Positions 46,639 to 55,560 of a DNA stretch of 64,000 bases are shown piece by piece (positions within the stretch are counted from its first letter, which is position 1; each line of letters begins with the position of its first letter). Both the position numbers and the translations under genes were made by a program. Source of the stretch: a virus; IMG/VR virus record IMGVR_UViG_3300028800_000006, positions 1-64,000 of that record; one strand, 5' to 3'. A model generated the notes under the pieces. The model was given only the letters and a program-made list of their open reading frames with translations, searched no databases and was not told where the DNA came from.

Positions 46639-47016
46639 ATGGCGGCCGTTCCGCTCATCGATCCGTGGTTTGACGCTGCGTTTCTGCGCGAGACGACAGC
46701 GAGAAGCACATCCTGCGCTGATCCAGCGACGATCCAGGGTGCCGATGGACTGTTCCTATGGTGCCCCTGTGGCTACGGCAAGCCGGAATTCCCACTCGCG
46801 GGAGGGCGCCCACACGGCCTGCACGTGTCGTTCTCCAATCCGATCGGCGCACAGCCGGCGCCGCCTGATGCCGGCTCGCAGTCCCGGAACGGTGGCCCGT
46901 CGCGCTGGCAGATGAGTGGCACGGGGCTCGCCGACCTGACCCTGGCCCCATCGATCGCGACCGGAGAGCCGGAGTGCTGGCACGGCTACATCCAGAACGG
47001 ACAGGTGCTCTTGTGA
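46639..47016 (+). CDS. DUF6527-like protein
   Basis: FLWCPC...LTLAPSI...CWHGYIQNG. Confidence 0.7.
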   Translation: MAAVPLIDPWFDAAFLRETTARSTSCADPATIQGADGLFLWCPCGYGKPEFPLAGGRPHGLHVSFSNPIGAQPAPPDAGSQSRNGGPSRWQMSGTGLADLTLAPSIATGEPECWHGYIQNGQVLL

Positions 47017-47672
47017 CCCTCCCCGCTGACCGCGCCAAAGGTATCGACGTCAACGGCTGGCATCCCATCCACGACTTCTCTGCCCTCCCTGCCGACTTGA
47101 GCTTCGTGGGGGTCAAGGCCACTGAGGGCAACACGGTCACCGACAAGGCGTTACAGGCCCACCGAGATGGCCTCCGGGCGCGTCCTGGGCTCGATCTGGT
47201 CATCTATTACCATTTCGCCCGGACGGGCCGCCCAGAGACGCAGGCTGTGCGCCTCCTGGATGCTGTGGGACCTCTCCAGGCGAACGAACGGCTGTGCCTG
47301 GACCTGGAGGTGCTCCCAGACGACCCAGGAAGCGTCCTGGCGTGGGTGGACGCGTTCTACGGGCGGATCCGGCGGTCCTGTCCGGGGCAGCGGCAGCTCA
47401 TCTACACTTCGAAGCGGATCTGGAGCCAGTTCGGCAACCCCGGGTGGGCAGGTGCGGCCGACATCGACCTGTGGGCGCCGCGGTACAACGCGGTAGGGCG
47501 TGAGCCCGAGCTGCCGGCGCCGTGGACGCGCTGGACGGCTTGGCAGTGGACAGATGGGGAGGCGGTGCCGTTCACCTGCCCGGGAGTGGGGGCGTGCGAC
47601 GCGAACGTCTGGAACGGCGATCGAGCCGCGGTCAGGGCGTGGGTGGCCGGGAAGTCACTTCTTCAGGGCTAA
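47013..47672 (+). CDS. GH25 muramidase (endolysin)
   Basis: GIDVNGWH, VKATEG, YYHFA, LDLE, WQWT, CDAN. Confidence 0.92.
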   Translation: MTLPADRAKGIDVNGWHPIHDFSALPADLSFVGVKATEGNTVTDKALQAHRDGLRARPGLDLVIYYHFARTGRPETQAVRLLDAVGPLQANERLCLDLEVLPDDPGSVLAWVDAFYGRIRRSCPGQRQLIYTSKRIWSQFGNPGWAGAADIDLWAPRYNAVGREPELPAPWTRWTAWQWTDGEAVPFTCPGVGACDANVWNGDRAAVRAWVAGKSLLQG

Positions 47673-48050
47673 TTCAGACAGGCCGGCGCGCCACTCCGCG
47701 GCCAGCCCATCTCGTACAGCAGCACCGAGTGTGCTCACGACGCGTGGCAGAGTGCCATTTCTGGCATGTGCATCGGCACGTGTGTCACAGCACGCAATAC
47801 AAACCAGCAGAGACACGTCCAGAAGGATTGGGCTTGGCACGTTCGGCTGCATCTGTATCGCTGCCTGATTGATCGGAATCGAGATCGGGTTACGTTTCCC
47901 GTTGTGCGAGGTCAGGATGAGCAGCCGCTCGTCTCCATGGTCAGAGCAGAAGTCTCGACTGCACACGATACAGGTCTGCCGTGCGACAGACGGATAGTCT
48001 AGCGTGCAGAAGTCACACAGCGTCGCCTCGCCCCGCATTTCAGCCACCAC
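47655..48050 (-). CDS. Zinc-finger protein
   Basis: CDFC..CIVC..CSDH..CIACC. Confidence 0.65.
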   Translation of the reverse strand: MVAEMRGEATLCDFCTLDYPSVARQTCIVCSRDFCSDHGDERLLILTSHNGKRNPISIPINQAAIQMQPNVPSPILLDVSLLVCIACCDTRADAHARNGTLPRVVSTLGAAVRDGLAAEWRAGLSELALKK

Positions 48051-48354
48051 CGAATAGGCGGAGCACGCGGCGTTTCACGTTCTCTAGCGTGCGCGCCCCG
48101 GCCTCCAGCACGTACTCGCGACGGCACTCTGCTGTGCAGTTGTGGCAGCAGTTGCAGACGTGTCTTGGATTGACTGGGCAGATGTGGGGCGGTGGTGGCG
48201 CGTGCCCGTTTGGGTCGAGCCCCTTCGCGCGGAAGGAGTTGACGGCGTTGCGTGCTGATGTCCACACGTACGCTTCATCGCTGCCGTCGGGAAACGGGCA
48301 GGGATCGGTGGAGCCCTGCGCGCCTGCGCGGTGTCCTTGCTTGGCGGGGGTCAT
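48040..48354 (-). CDS. Cys-rich small protein
   Basis: HICP..CNCCHNCTAEC. Confidence 0.6.
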   Translation of the reverse strand: MTPAKQGHRAGAQGSTDPCPFPDGSDEAYVWTSARNAVNSFRAKGLDPNGHAPPPPHICPVNPRHVCNCCHNCTAECRREYVLEAGARTLENVKRRVLRLFGGG

Positions 48355-48788
48355 TCGTCCAGTCCTTTCAGTGCACTCATATCGGCCTTAGCAACATCAT
48401 CTTGTATGATGCGGTTGCGGTACGCAGCCCACACAGAATCGATGTACTTCAGCATAGTGCGCGTCACTAGAACGCCTGGAGCCGTTACGCCAGCGTCTCC
48501 AACAACGATCGTGTTAGTAGTAATCCAGCAACGCCCACACCCTAGTGCTGCTCGCGCTATTCCGTTTTCTGTCAGCTGCGCCGGCTTCCATCGCGGGTCT
48601 GATGTAAGCGGAAGATACAGCCCGTCAACATGCACCGTGCCGGTCAGCAGCGCCTCCGCTCGCTCCATCCGCTCTGTCTGCATCCGACGGATCACGCGCA
48701 TCTGGTACAGCACCGTGCCGACCAAGGTCACGTAGGTAGCGCCGGCAATGCTGCTGACGGCCGCCACAAGCTGTGTGCTGACTACCAT
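48351..48788 (-). CDS. Membrane-anchored hypothetical protein
   Basis: N-terminal hydrophobic helix; coupled operon. Confidence 0.6.
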   Translation of the reverse strand: MVVSTQLVAAVSSIAGATYVTLVGTVLYQMRVIRRMQTERMERAEALLTGTVHVDGLYLPLTSDPRWKPAQLTENGIARAALGCGRCWITTNTIVVGDAGVTAPGVLVTRTMLKYIDSVWAAYRNRIIQDDVAKADMSALKGLDE

Positions 48789-48985
48789 GTGTCCTGCTCT
48801 CCTTCATCGACGATGGCGCCGCAGTCCACGCAGCGCGTGTTTTCGAAGCGGTCCCGCCCGAGCGCCAGGTGCGCGCAGACGACGGGGCGCTGCTCGGGCA
48901 GCTCGCGCCGCACGGTCTTCGCAGTGTGGCCGAGATCCCGGACGCCTTGACGCGTGAGCTTGTGCTCGCTGTGGCGCTTGGTCAC
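48782..48985 (-). CDS. Small zinc-ribbon-like protein
   Basis: CAH...CVDCG. Confidence 0.55.
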   Translation of the reverse strand: MTKRHSEHKLTRQGVRDLGHTAKTVRRELPEQRPVVCAHLALGRDRFENTRCVDCGAIVDEGEQDTW

Positions 48986-49227
48986 AGCTTCGTCTCCTCG
49001 TCGTACACCGGCTCGTATCTGTAGTTGAAGAAGACGACGTCACCACGCTTCATGCACACTGTGGCCGCGTGAATTTCGGCAGCGTCTTGCGCCTTGTCCT
49101 GCGTGCGGTAGCGGCCGAGCAAGCTCCAGTCATTGCCGGGTTCCTGCATGTACAGATCACAGGCGATGGGCTGTCTGGTTGGCGGCTTCGGCTTTCGAGA
49201 GAAGAGACGACGGAAGAAAGCGATCAT
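48982..49227 (-). CDS. Hypothetical protein
   Basis: AAGGAG RBS, coupled. Confidence 0.6.
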   Translation of the reverse strand: MIAFFRRLFSRKPKPPTRQPIACDLYMQEPGNDWSLLGRYRTQDKAQDAAEIHAATVCMKRGDVVFFNYRYEPVYDEETKL

Positions 49228-49239
49228 GTGCGGGCTCCT

Positions 49240-49971
49240 TTAGGTGTCCTCATCAAACGCGCGGTTCACCTTGGCCCGCGCTTCGTCGGTGGTGTGCATG
49301 TACCCGAACGTCGTCGCCAGCGCTGCGTGACCGACGCGCTCTTGAATGGCTGGCGGCGGCGTCCCTTTGTTCAGCATGTGCGTGACCGCGCTGTGCCGCA
49401 GGATGTGCGGGAAGTGGAACTCGGAGGGGATGCCAGCGGCTGTGAACACCGCGACCACGAGGTGCCGAACCTCGTGTCGGGTCATCCCCCAGCGCTTCCC
49501 GCTCGCGTGGCAGTGAGGGCAGGGGGCCAGCCGAGACTCACTGGCGCCGCCCCGTTTCCGCTTCTTGACGGTGAGCGCTCCCTTGCCGGCACAGGGGTAG
49601 CAGTCGCCAGGTCGCGCCGATGGGAACACGTAGCCGTGCTGTGCAGCCTCGACGAACGTGCGCTTCGGCAGCCAGGCGCGGAGGGCCTCGCGGCAGGCGT
49701 TCGCGAGCGGCTGTGGTTCAGGTTCGAGGCCGCCTTTCAAATGGGTCAACATCACGGTGCCGTTGTGCAGATCCACGTCGGTGATGCGTGCACAGCCGGG
49801 CTCGCTGGCGCGACTGCCGTTTGTGAAGAGCCATTCGATCATCGCGTGCGCGAGGGGGCTGTGGGCGCGAGCGGCAGCGCGGATCTTCTGCAGATCGCCA
49901 GCACCGAGCACAGCGCGCTTTTTGCGGACCTTTTGGGGTTTGCGGGTCATCCGCGGCTCAGGCGCTGCCAC
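49240..49971 (-). CDS. Tyrosine recombinase, catalytic domain only, with zinc-ribbon insertion
   Basis: GSRASE (R), LKGG (K), HILRH, VGH..TTFGY; insert CYPCAGKG...CPHCHASG. Confidence 0.9.
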   Translation of the reverse strand: MAAPEPRMTRKPQKVRKKRAVLGAGDLQKIRAAARAHSPLAHAMIEWLFTNGSRASEPGCARITDVDLHNGTVMLTHLKGGLEPEPQPLANACREALRAWLPKRTFVEAAQHGYVFPSARPGDCYPCAGKGALTVKKRKRGGASESRLAPCPHCHASGKRWGMTRHEVRHLVVAVFTAAGIPSEFHFPHILRHSAVTHMLNKGTPPPAIQERVGHAALATTFGYMHTTDEARAKVNRAFDEDT

Positions 49972-50657
49972 TGGTTTCTGCCCTTGGGGGTGTCCGCAAA
50001 GCGTTGCTTCCGCAGCACGGACAGATAGTGCGAAACGGAGCGGCGCGCGACGCCAGCCTTGTCAGCAATCTGCGCAAACGGCTGCGGTGCATCTGTGAGC
50101 GCATCATACACACGCTGGATGTCCCCCATGCCCCTCGGTCTACGCGGAGCACGCGCGGGCTTAGCCGGTGCTTGTCCATCTTGCGTCTGCACGATCGGCT
50201 GTGCTTTGCCTGTCACGATCTCCGTGAGTGCACGGTGCAAGCGTGCTAGTTGCGTCTGTGAGGTGTGCAATTCCGCCCGTGCTGCCTCTACCCGCCGCTG
50301 AGCCAGCAGGTGGCGCGCTTCTGCTTCCACGACAGCACGCGCCGCGAGCATTAGGGGTGCTTCTTGGGAAGTGGGCTCAGGCAGCGGCTCGGGCAACGGC
50401 TCAGGCAGCGGGGTAGCGGCCTCCACTGCCGCCACTTCAGCAGAACTCAAACGTGCACCCAAGCGGCTGAAAACAGCCTCGCGGGCAGCGTGTTCACGCT
50501 CACCGCCGAATCGAACAGTAGCGCCGCACGCCCCACACGTCACTGTGATTGGTCCATCAGGGGCGGTCCAGGATGGGCGCTCATCAGCCTCTGCGTGTAG
50601 ACACGGAGAAGATGTGGTTTGGGTGCCGGAGACTCCTGCAAATAGATTATCGTTCAT
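49947..50657 (-). CDS. Hypothetical protein: zinc ribbon, coiled coil, C-terminal winged helix
   Basis: CGACG; PEPL repeats; FAQIADKAGVARRSVSHYLSVL. Confidence 0.65.
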   Translation of the reverse strand: MNDNLFAGVSGTQTTSSPCLHAEADERPSWTAPDGPITVTCGACGATVRFGGEREHAAREAVFSRLGARLSSAEVAAVEAATPLPEPLPEPLPEPTSQEAPLMLAARAVVEAEARHLLAQRRVEAARAELHTSQTQLARLHRALTEIVTGKAQPIVQTQDGQAPAKPARAPRRPRGMGDIQRVYDALTDAPQPFAQIADKAGVARRSVSHYLSVLRKQRFADTPKGRNQWQRLSRG

Positions 50658-50895
50658 TTTCGGCCGTTCCTTTCTTGTCGTTATCTGTTTTGGTCTCTAT
50701 GCGTGACACGGAGTAGGCATCAGCCGCCGCCTTTCGCTCTTCCGCGGCTTGGCTCTTCTGGAACTTCCAGATGCGGTTCAGGTGAGCGGCCCGTGGGAGT
50801 CCTGTGGGCTGCTTGCAGAATTCGCCCGGCGTGGCCCGGCAGGTGGGGCAGGCGACAGCCAGGGCGGGCGTCTTGGACGGACGTGGGTTGGGCAT
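50647..50895 (-). CDS. Zinc-finger protein
   Basis: VACPTCRATPGEFC..AHLNR. Confidence 0.7.
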   Translation of the reverse strand: MPNPRPSKTPALAVACPTCRATPGEFCKQPTGLPRAAHLNRIWKFQKSQAAEERKAAADAYSVSRIETKTDNDKKGTAENER

Positions 50896-51389
50896 CAGCG
50901 TGGCTCCTTTTTCGCGCGTCGCCTCTGCAGCGCGCCATGATGCTCGTCGAACTCACGGCGGTTCGCGAACACATCTTTGCTCTTCCCGACCTTCGTCTGC
51001 AGCTCGGACACGAACGTGTTCCGCGAGATCTTGCAGGTGTTGTTCATCATGATGAGGCTACCAACGCAGTAGGGCGCAGCGTCCACCGCGGTCTCGAAGT
51101 CGGCGCCTTCCGTTTCGAGCTTGTTCACGGCCATGTGACAGGGGAACTTCCCATCAGCCATGACGATGTCCGTGATCTCGCTCGGGTGGCCGTGCGCGCC
51201 GATCCAGCCGGCAGGGGCAGCTCGGCGGAACGGGCAGTCACCGCACGGTTTGGTGGGATGCCCTGACTTCGACGAAGGCTCGAAGATCTGCGGCTCGTAG
51301 TCGAGGCAGTAGCAGCCGGGGATGGTGCACTTCTGGAAGAAGCCGCTCTCGTGCTCGTCTGGCGCGTGGCCACAGGTGCAGTCGGTCAT
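50895..51389 (-). CDS. DUF6283-like Cys-rich protein
   Basis: PCGDCPFRR, FPCH, CVGSL. Confidence 0.7.
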   Translation of the reverse strand: MTDCTCGHAPDEHESGFFQKCTIPGCYCLDYEPQIFEPSSKSGHPTKPCGDCPFRRAAPAGWIGAHGHPSEITDIVMADGKFPCHMAVNKLETEGADFETAVDAAPYCVGSLIMMNNTCKISRNTFVSELQTKVGKSKDVFANRREFDEHHGALQRRRAKKEPR

Positions 51390-51709
51390 CGCTTCGGCTC
51401 CGTCCGCTTGATGCACGCGTCGTTCAGCTCCCACATCTGGTCACTTCCGATCGGCCCCGCAGTGCCGTCCTTCCACGGGCTCTCTCCGACGAGGGCCGTC
51501 GCTGCGCTGAGCGCCTTCGCTTCGGGGCTGCCGACGATGAGATGTCCAGGCATCCAGCGCCGGCCCTCGTCAGTGATGATAAGCGTGCGCGTTGAAACAG
51601 ACGACGGACGCCCGTACGCCACGCGGAACAGATCTCCAGCGCGGCCGATGACATGGGCGTGCTTGATCTTGAGCCCGGTCGGAATCGTGATGGGGTCGCC
51701 GACGTTCAT
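51386..51709 (-). CDS. EGxxW-family paralog 10
   Basis: MNVGDPITI...DEGRRWMPGHLIVGSPEAKALSAATAL. Confidence 0.8.
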   Translation of the reverse strand: MNVGDPITIPTGLKIKHAHVIGRAGDLFRVAYGRPSSVSTRTLIITDEGRRWMPGHLIVGSPEAKALSAATALVGESPWKDGTAGPIGSDQMWELNDACIKRTEPKR

Positions 51710-52053
51710 GGCGTCCGCTCCCCCGCTGGGCAGCGCAGCTCTTCGAGCATCGCCAGCTTCTCCTTCTCCAGCTCGGCCTCGTCGATCTCGAAGAACTCGG
51801 CTAGCAGCTTCCGGAGGTTCACGCCGTTGAGCGCCGCCACAGCCTTTGCCGCCAGCTCGGGCGTGTCGAGCATGCCCACCAGCACGTCGTCGAGGTAGAG
51901 CGTGCGGCCGACCTTTCGACCTACGCGCCAGCGAGTGGTGGGCGTGGTGGCCGGCGCCTGGTCGATCGGGCGTCCGCGGACCCACCGACACGGCCGGCAG
52001 TTCCGCATCTCGTGGGCTTCACACACGCGGGGAACCACGGTCGAATCGCTCAT
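51706..52053 (-). CDS. Hypothetical phage protein
   Basis: WRVGRKVGRTLY..MLDTPELA. Confidence 0.65.
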   Translation of the reverse strand: MSDSTVVPRVCEAHEMRNCRPCRWVRGRPIDQAPATTPTTRWRVGRKVGRTLYLDDVLVGMLDTPELAAKAVAALNGVNLRKLLAEFFEIDEAELEKEKLAMLEELRCPAGERTP

Positions 52054-52325
52054 AGGCGTACCTCCCTCTTCCGGTGTTTCCGTTCATCTTCGAGAGCCCT
52101 CAGCTGCAGCGCCAGACCGGCGACTGTGGCTGACGCTTCGGCTTGGGCGCCCTCGGCGTAGTACGTGGCCATCTCTCCGCTGACGCCAGCAGAGAAAGAC
52201 GCGTCCATCTCGTCCTGCGCCGCTTCGAGCTTCCGCTGCGTCAGCTTGATCGCGTTGGTCAAGTGCAGGTCGGTCATGTCCTGCAGACGGATACGCTCGC
52301 CGGTGCGCGTGGTCCAGGTGGTCAT
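52050..52325 (-). CDS. Hypothetical phage protein
   Basis: WTTRTGERI..MTDLHLTNAI, coiled coil. Confidence 0.7.
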   Translation of the reverse strand: MTTWTTRTGERIRLQDMTDLHLTNAIKLTQRKLEAAQDEMDASFSAGVSGEMATYYAEGAQAEASATVAGLALQLRALEDERKHRKREVRL

Positions 52326-52765
52326 GACGCCACCCCCGCCAAGCGAGCCTCGGCCGCCTCGGCACGCGCCAGCGCTTCCCCGAGCTGTCCCTGCAGCGAG
52401 CCGATCTTCGTCCTGGCCGCCTCATACTCCTTCTTGAGTGCCTCCAGCTCGGTGGCCAGGGTGATGCTGCGGCCTCGCCAGTAGGTGTTGTCCTTCTTCA
52501 CCGCGGCGACGCGCGTCTCGGCCAGGGCCAGCGCGGTCTCATACTGGGCAGGCAACAGCAGGAGGCTATCGAGCAGCCGCGTGAGCGCCTCGTGCCCGAG
52601 CCGAAAGGCGCAGTCCTCGCGGTGCCAGGCCCATGGGACGTCAGCGTCTATACCCACCACCGATGGGATGCGGCCGTCACAGCACGCGCCGTCGTTCCGG
52701 GTGCTCTCCACGGTGAGGGCGGCGAGCAGCTTCGTCAGCGCCTCCCGATCGGTTGAGGTGATCAT
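52322..52765 (-). CDS. Coiled-coil protein
   Basis: Coupled ORF, heptad-rich C-terminus. Confidence 0.65.
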   Translation of the reverse strand: MITSTDREALTKLLAALTVESTRNDGACCDGRIPSVVGIDADVPWAWHREDCAFRLGHEALTRLLDSLLLLPAQYETALALAETRVAAVKKDNTYWRGRSITLATELEALKKEYEAARTKIGSLQGQLGEALARAEAAEARLAGVAS

Positions 52766-53265
52766 CGCCGTGCTTCTTTCTGGGCAGCCTCGTATGCTGC
52801 ACGGAGCGCCTTGACGTCGGCGCTGTCCGGCGCGTGGTGGCCTCGAATCCAGGTGACGCCTTCGTCGCCGAGACGGAAGCCGCCACCACCACGCCCTGTG
52901 ATGGTGAGCCTGCCACTTCCTTCGGGAGAACCGTTCAGGTACGTGAGCGGCCCGCAGTACGCAGGCCCTTCGGGCTCGGTGTGGGGGCGTGCATCCAGTT
53001 CCTGCTCTGTGCAGAAGATGACCATCTTGGCAAGCTCGTGGCGAAGCTTGACCAAGCTCGGGTTGAACGTGAGCAAGAGCAGCCCGCTGGCTTGATGTGC
53101 CGCCTGTGCAAAGGCGGTAGCGCGGCGGTCGTCGGCCTCGCGCCGGTTCCGCACCTCATCCATCAGGCTGGCGGCGAGCTGCTTCACTTCGAGCTGCTCC
53201 TGCGTTTGGGCCTCGGAAACGCCCTTCTTGACGCCCTTCCGTTTCGCTTGCATCATGGGAGGCAC
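52762..53265 (-). CDS. EGxxW-family paralog 11 with helical N-terminal extension
   Basis: DEGVTWIRGHHAPDSADVKALRAAYEA. Confidence 0.78.
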   Translation of the reverse strand: MPPMMQAKRKGVKKGVSEAQTQEQLEVKQLAASLMDEVRNRREADDRRATAFAQAAHQASGLLLLTFNPSLVKLRHELAKMVIFCTEQELDARPHTEPEGPAYCGPLTYLNGSPEGSGRLTITGRGGGGFRLGDEGVTWIRGHHAPDSADVKALRAAYEAAQKEARR

Positions 53266-53266
53266 C

Positions 53267-53360
53267 CTAGCGCAAAATATATGTATTGCGCAAGATAAAG
53301 TTCGCTATAGCAAACTTTACGCTTTGCGTCGTTGACAGCCGGCGGCCGATCGGGCACCGT
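53267..53360. promoter_or_regulatory. AT-rich divergent promoter region
   Basis: AT-rich gap between divergent operons; TTGACA near 53332. Confidence 0.55.
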
Positions 53361-53367
53361 ATGAGGC

Positions 53368-53583
53368 ATGCCCAACTCAAGCGATTTTTCCCACAGCGAC
53401 GTAAATGGTGTTGTCTCCTATCTGAACCGTCCTGTCGCGGCGCGTGCGCGCCGCGGATGGACACCGGTTGATGGGGGACATCCCGCGGCCATCATGAAGG
53501 CCGTACGTGCAGCCATCTTCGACGTTCCGAACAACGCCAGCGCGGGAGATCTTCGCCGCGTGATCGTGGCGTATCTGACATGA
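53368..53583 (+). CDS. Hypothetical protein
   Basis: First ORF of the rightward operon. Confidence 0.55.
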   Translation: MPNSSDFSHSDVNGVVSYLNRPVAARARRGWTPVDGGHPAAIMKAVRAAIFDVPNNASAGDLRRVIVAYLT

Positions 53584-53755
53584 GCCCGCAGGCAATGAAG
53601 CCCACCCCGGAGATGCTTTCGGAGGCCGAACAGACCTGGGTCCGGGTCCTGGCCCAGGAGCTGTACGGACAGTCAGCCGCTGAGATCCAGACGGCCTTGA
53701 AGGACAAGCACCCGCCGCGGGTCATTGGCGCAGTCATCCGTGAGGCTGGCGGGCG

Positions 53756-53953
53756 GTGACGAAGGCCGAGGCGCGACGGAACATCTATAGGTGCCTTGCG
53801 TTGCTAACTGACCCCGCAGCCGGGCACGAGAACGACTTCTTGTACTCCGACCAGAAAGGCAACGAATACTCGGAGGCGGACACGAAACGACTGACAGAGG
53901 CGCTGGAGCACATCGTTGCCGGCTTCTACAGGAAAGCCAGCACGCTTCGATGA
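53756..53953 (+). CDS. Hypothetical protein
   Basis: Coupled ORF. Confidence 0.55.
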   Translation: MTKAEARRNIYRCLALLTDPAAGHENDFLYSDQKGNEYSEADTKRLTEALEHIVAGFYRKASTLR

Positions 53954-54393
53954 CCCTCCGCCGAGATAAAGACGTCGTCAACGACGCCTGTGTGAAGGCG
54001 CTCCGCATGGAGCCGCAGCTGGCCCAGAAGCTGTGCGAAGAGGCTCGCCTGCTCGCGCCGCGGTTCGTCCACCGAAAGTCTAAGGGTGACGTGGCCGAGT
54101 TCTCGCGCTCGCTCATCCGCCGCGGGCTCGGGTGGTCACACGAGCAGTCTGAGCTGATGGAAGCGACCGAGCTGAAGCCTAAGCGCGTCGGTGGCCTGAC
54201 GATGGAGCCTGCCGTGCATCGCCGCCTGACCGAGCTGGCCCAGCGGCACTTCGGTGGCGGTGTGGCCTCGGCCGCGCGGCACCTGCTGCGCCTGGGCTTG
54301 GGCATGAACGAAGGAGAGTCGCTGCGGCGCGAGGAGAAGTTCGCATCGTTGGCGGCAGCGATCCGCGAGGTGCGGGAGGCGCATGAGGGATGA
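53950..54393 (+). CDS. Hypothetical protein, possible ribbon-helix-helix DNA binder
   Basis: LTMEPAVHRRLTELAQRHFGGGVASAARHLL. Confidence 0.6.
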   Translation: MTLRRDKDVVNDACVKALRMEPQLAQKLCEEARLLAPRFVHRKSKGDVAEFSRSLIRRGLGWSHEQSELMEATELKPKRVGGLTMEPAVHRRLTELAQRHFGGGVASAARHLLRLGLGMNEGESLRREEKFASLAAAIREVREAHEG

Positions 54394-54539
54394 GCGCGTT
54401 GGTCAAAGGGGCGCCGCTGACAATGGTGGCGCTGGATCAGAACACGAAAGCAACGATACTGATCGACGCTGCCGTGTGCTTCGTTCCGACGTGCGGGCAC
54501 GACGGATTACTGTGGTTGGTGTTCCCGCACGTGCATTGA
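54390..54539 (+). CDS. Possible truncated EGxxW-family member (49 aa)
   Basis: MSALVKGAPLTMV...HDGLLW; lacks the terminal helix. Confidence 0.4.
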   Translation: MSALVKGAPLTMVALDQNTKATILIDAAVCFVPTCGHDGLLWLVFPHVH

Positions 54540-54543
54540 ACCG

Positions 54544-54780
54544 ATGAGCGAGCTGAAGCCAGGGGACGGAATAACCGTGATGGAGCACTGGCACATCAAC
54601 TACGCCACAGTCACGGACGTCTCCGCCGCCGATTTTAGTGCCGCCTACGTCAGCCTGCCTGGCTGGTCGTGCAAGCTAGGTTTCCAACTCGAAGGAACGC
54701 TGTGGATCCGTGGGCACCATGCAGATGGCTCAGACGATGTTCAGGCTCTGCGGGCCGCCTACTTATTGACCCGCCGCTAG
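54544..54780 (+). CDS. EGxxW-family paralog 12
   Basis: LKPGDGITV...LEGTLWIRGHHADGSDDVQALRAAYLL. Confidence 0.85.
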   Translation: MSELKPGDGITVMEHWHINYATVTDVSAADFSAAYVSLPGWSCKLGFQLEGTLWIRGHHADGSDDVQALRAAYLLTRR

Positions 54781-54790
54781 TTAACTGGCA
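54775..54790. promoter_or_regulatory. Operator copy 4 (CGCTAGTTAACTGGCA)
   Basis: Between a TTGACC -35 box and ATG 54802. Confidence 0.65.
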
Positions 54791-54801
54791 GCATCCTCTG
54801 C

Positions 54802-55065
54802 ATGCCCAAGCAGACCATCCCGGACTCGGTCAAGAAGGTCACAGACACCGTTCACGTGCAGAAGGCTGAGGTCACGCTGCCGATCGACGCGTTCCAGACC
54901 ATCTCGGTGCAGGACTACAAAGACGCGCTCGCGGTCATCCAGCTCGTGCGTGACTCCGCTCTGGCTGTGCTGGAAGTCGACGAGGACAACGCTGACGTCA
55001 CTGCCGTGGAGTACAAGCTGGTCGGTGGAGACGCGGCCGTGACGGTCACGCAGGTGAACACGTAG
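54802..55065 (+). CDS. Small acidic hypothetical protein
   Basis: High GC3 ORF right after the operator. Confidence 0.7.
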   Translation: MPKQTIPDSVKKVTDTVHVQKAEVTLPIDAFQTISVQDYKDALAVIQLVRDSALAVLEVDEDNADVTAVEYKLVGGDAAVTVTQVNT

Positions 55066-55069
55066 CTGC

Positions 55070-55303
55070 ATGGTTGCCATTGGGGGCAAGATTACGGTGG
55101 TCGCAGCCTCCGACTCCTCCTTCACGCTCGTAAAGGAAATTCTAGACATCTCCACAATCGGTGCATTCGTTGCTGGAGTGGGTGGGACACGCGTCTGGTA
55201 CCACCCGGAACATGAGGGTGTGCACTGGATTCACGGTAGCCACCTGCCTACGTCGTGCGAAGTGCAGGCGATGCTGGCCGCGCACAGGCTGGTGAGCGAA
55301 TGA
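55070..55303 (+). CDS. EGxxW-family paralog 13
   Basis: IGGKITV...HEGVHWIHGSHLPTSCEVQAMLAAHRL. Confidence 0.85.
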   Translation: MVAIGGKITVVAASDSSFTLVKEILDISTIGAFVAGVGGTRVWYHPEHEGVHWIHGSHLPTSCEVQAMLAAHRLVSE

Positions 55304-55560
55304 GTCTGCGCGTAGGAGACAAGGTGACGACGGTGGTTCCGGGTGTACCTGAAATAGGCACGCTGGTGAAACGCGTGACAGCTGTTCACGAGGACGCCTT
55401 TCAGGCCGCGTGGTATCCTGACCACGCGGCCAGTAGCCCAGGACCATCGTTCGGCTACCTTCTCGAAAACGAAGGCGTGCAGTGGATTTCTGGCGAACAC
55501 ACGGCAGGGTCTTCGGATGCGATAGCGCTGCTCGCAGCAAACGTACTGGTGCGCTCTTGA
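55300..55560 (+). CDS. EGxxW-family paralog 14
   Basis: LRVGDKVTT...NEGVQWISGEHTAGSSDAIALLAANVL. Confidence 0.85.
   Translation: MSLRVGDKVTTVVPGVPEIGTLVKRVTAVHEDAFQAAWYPDHAASSPGPSFGYLLENEGVQWISGEHTAGSSDAIALLAANVLVRS

Noticed and set aside
49240-49971. Prophage boundary or att site at the recombinase
   Set aside because: Viral-type genes continue on both sides, no tRNA or att repeat was seen, and the enzyme lacks an N-terminal binding domain; it may be a resolvase
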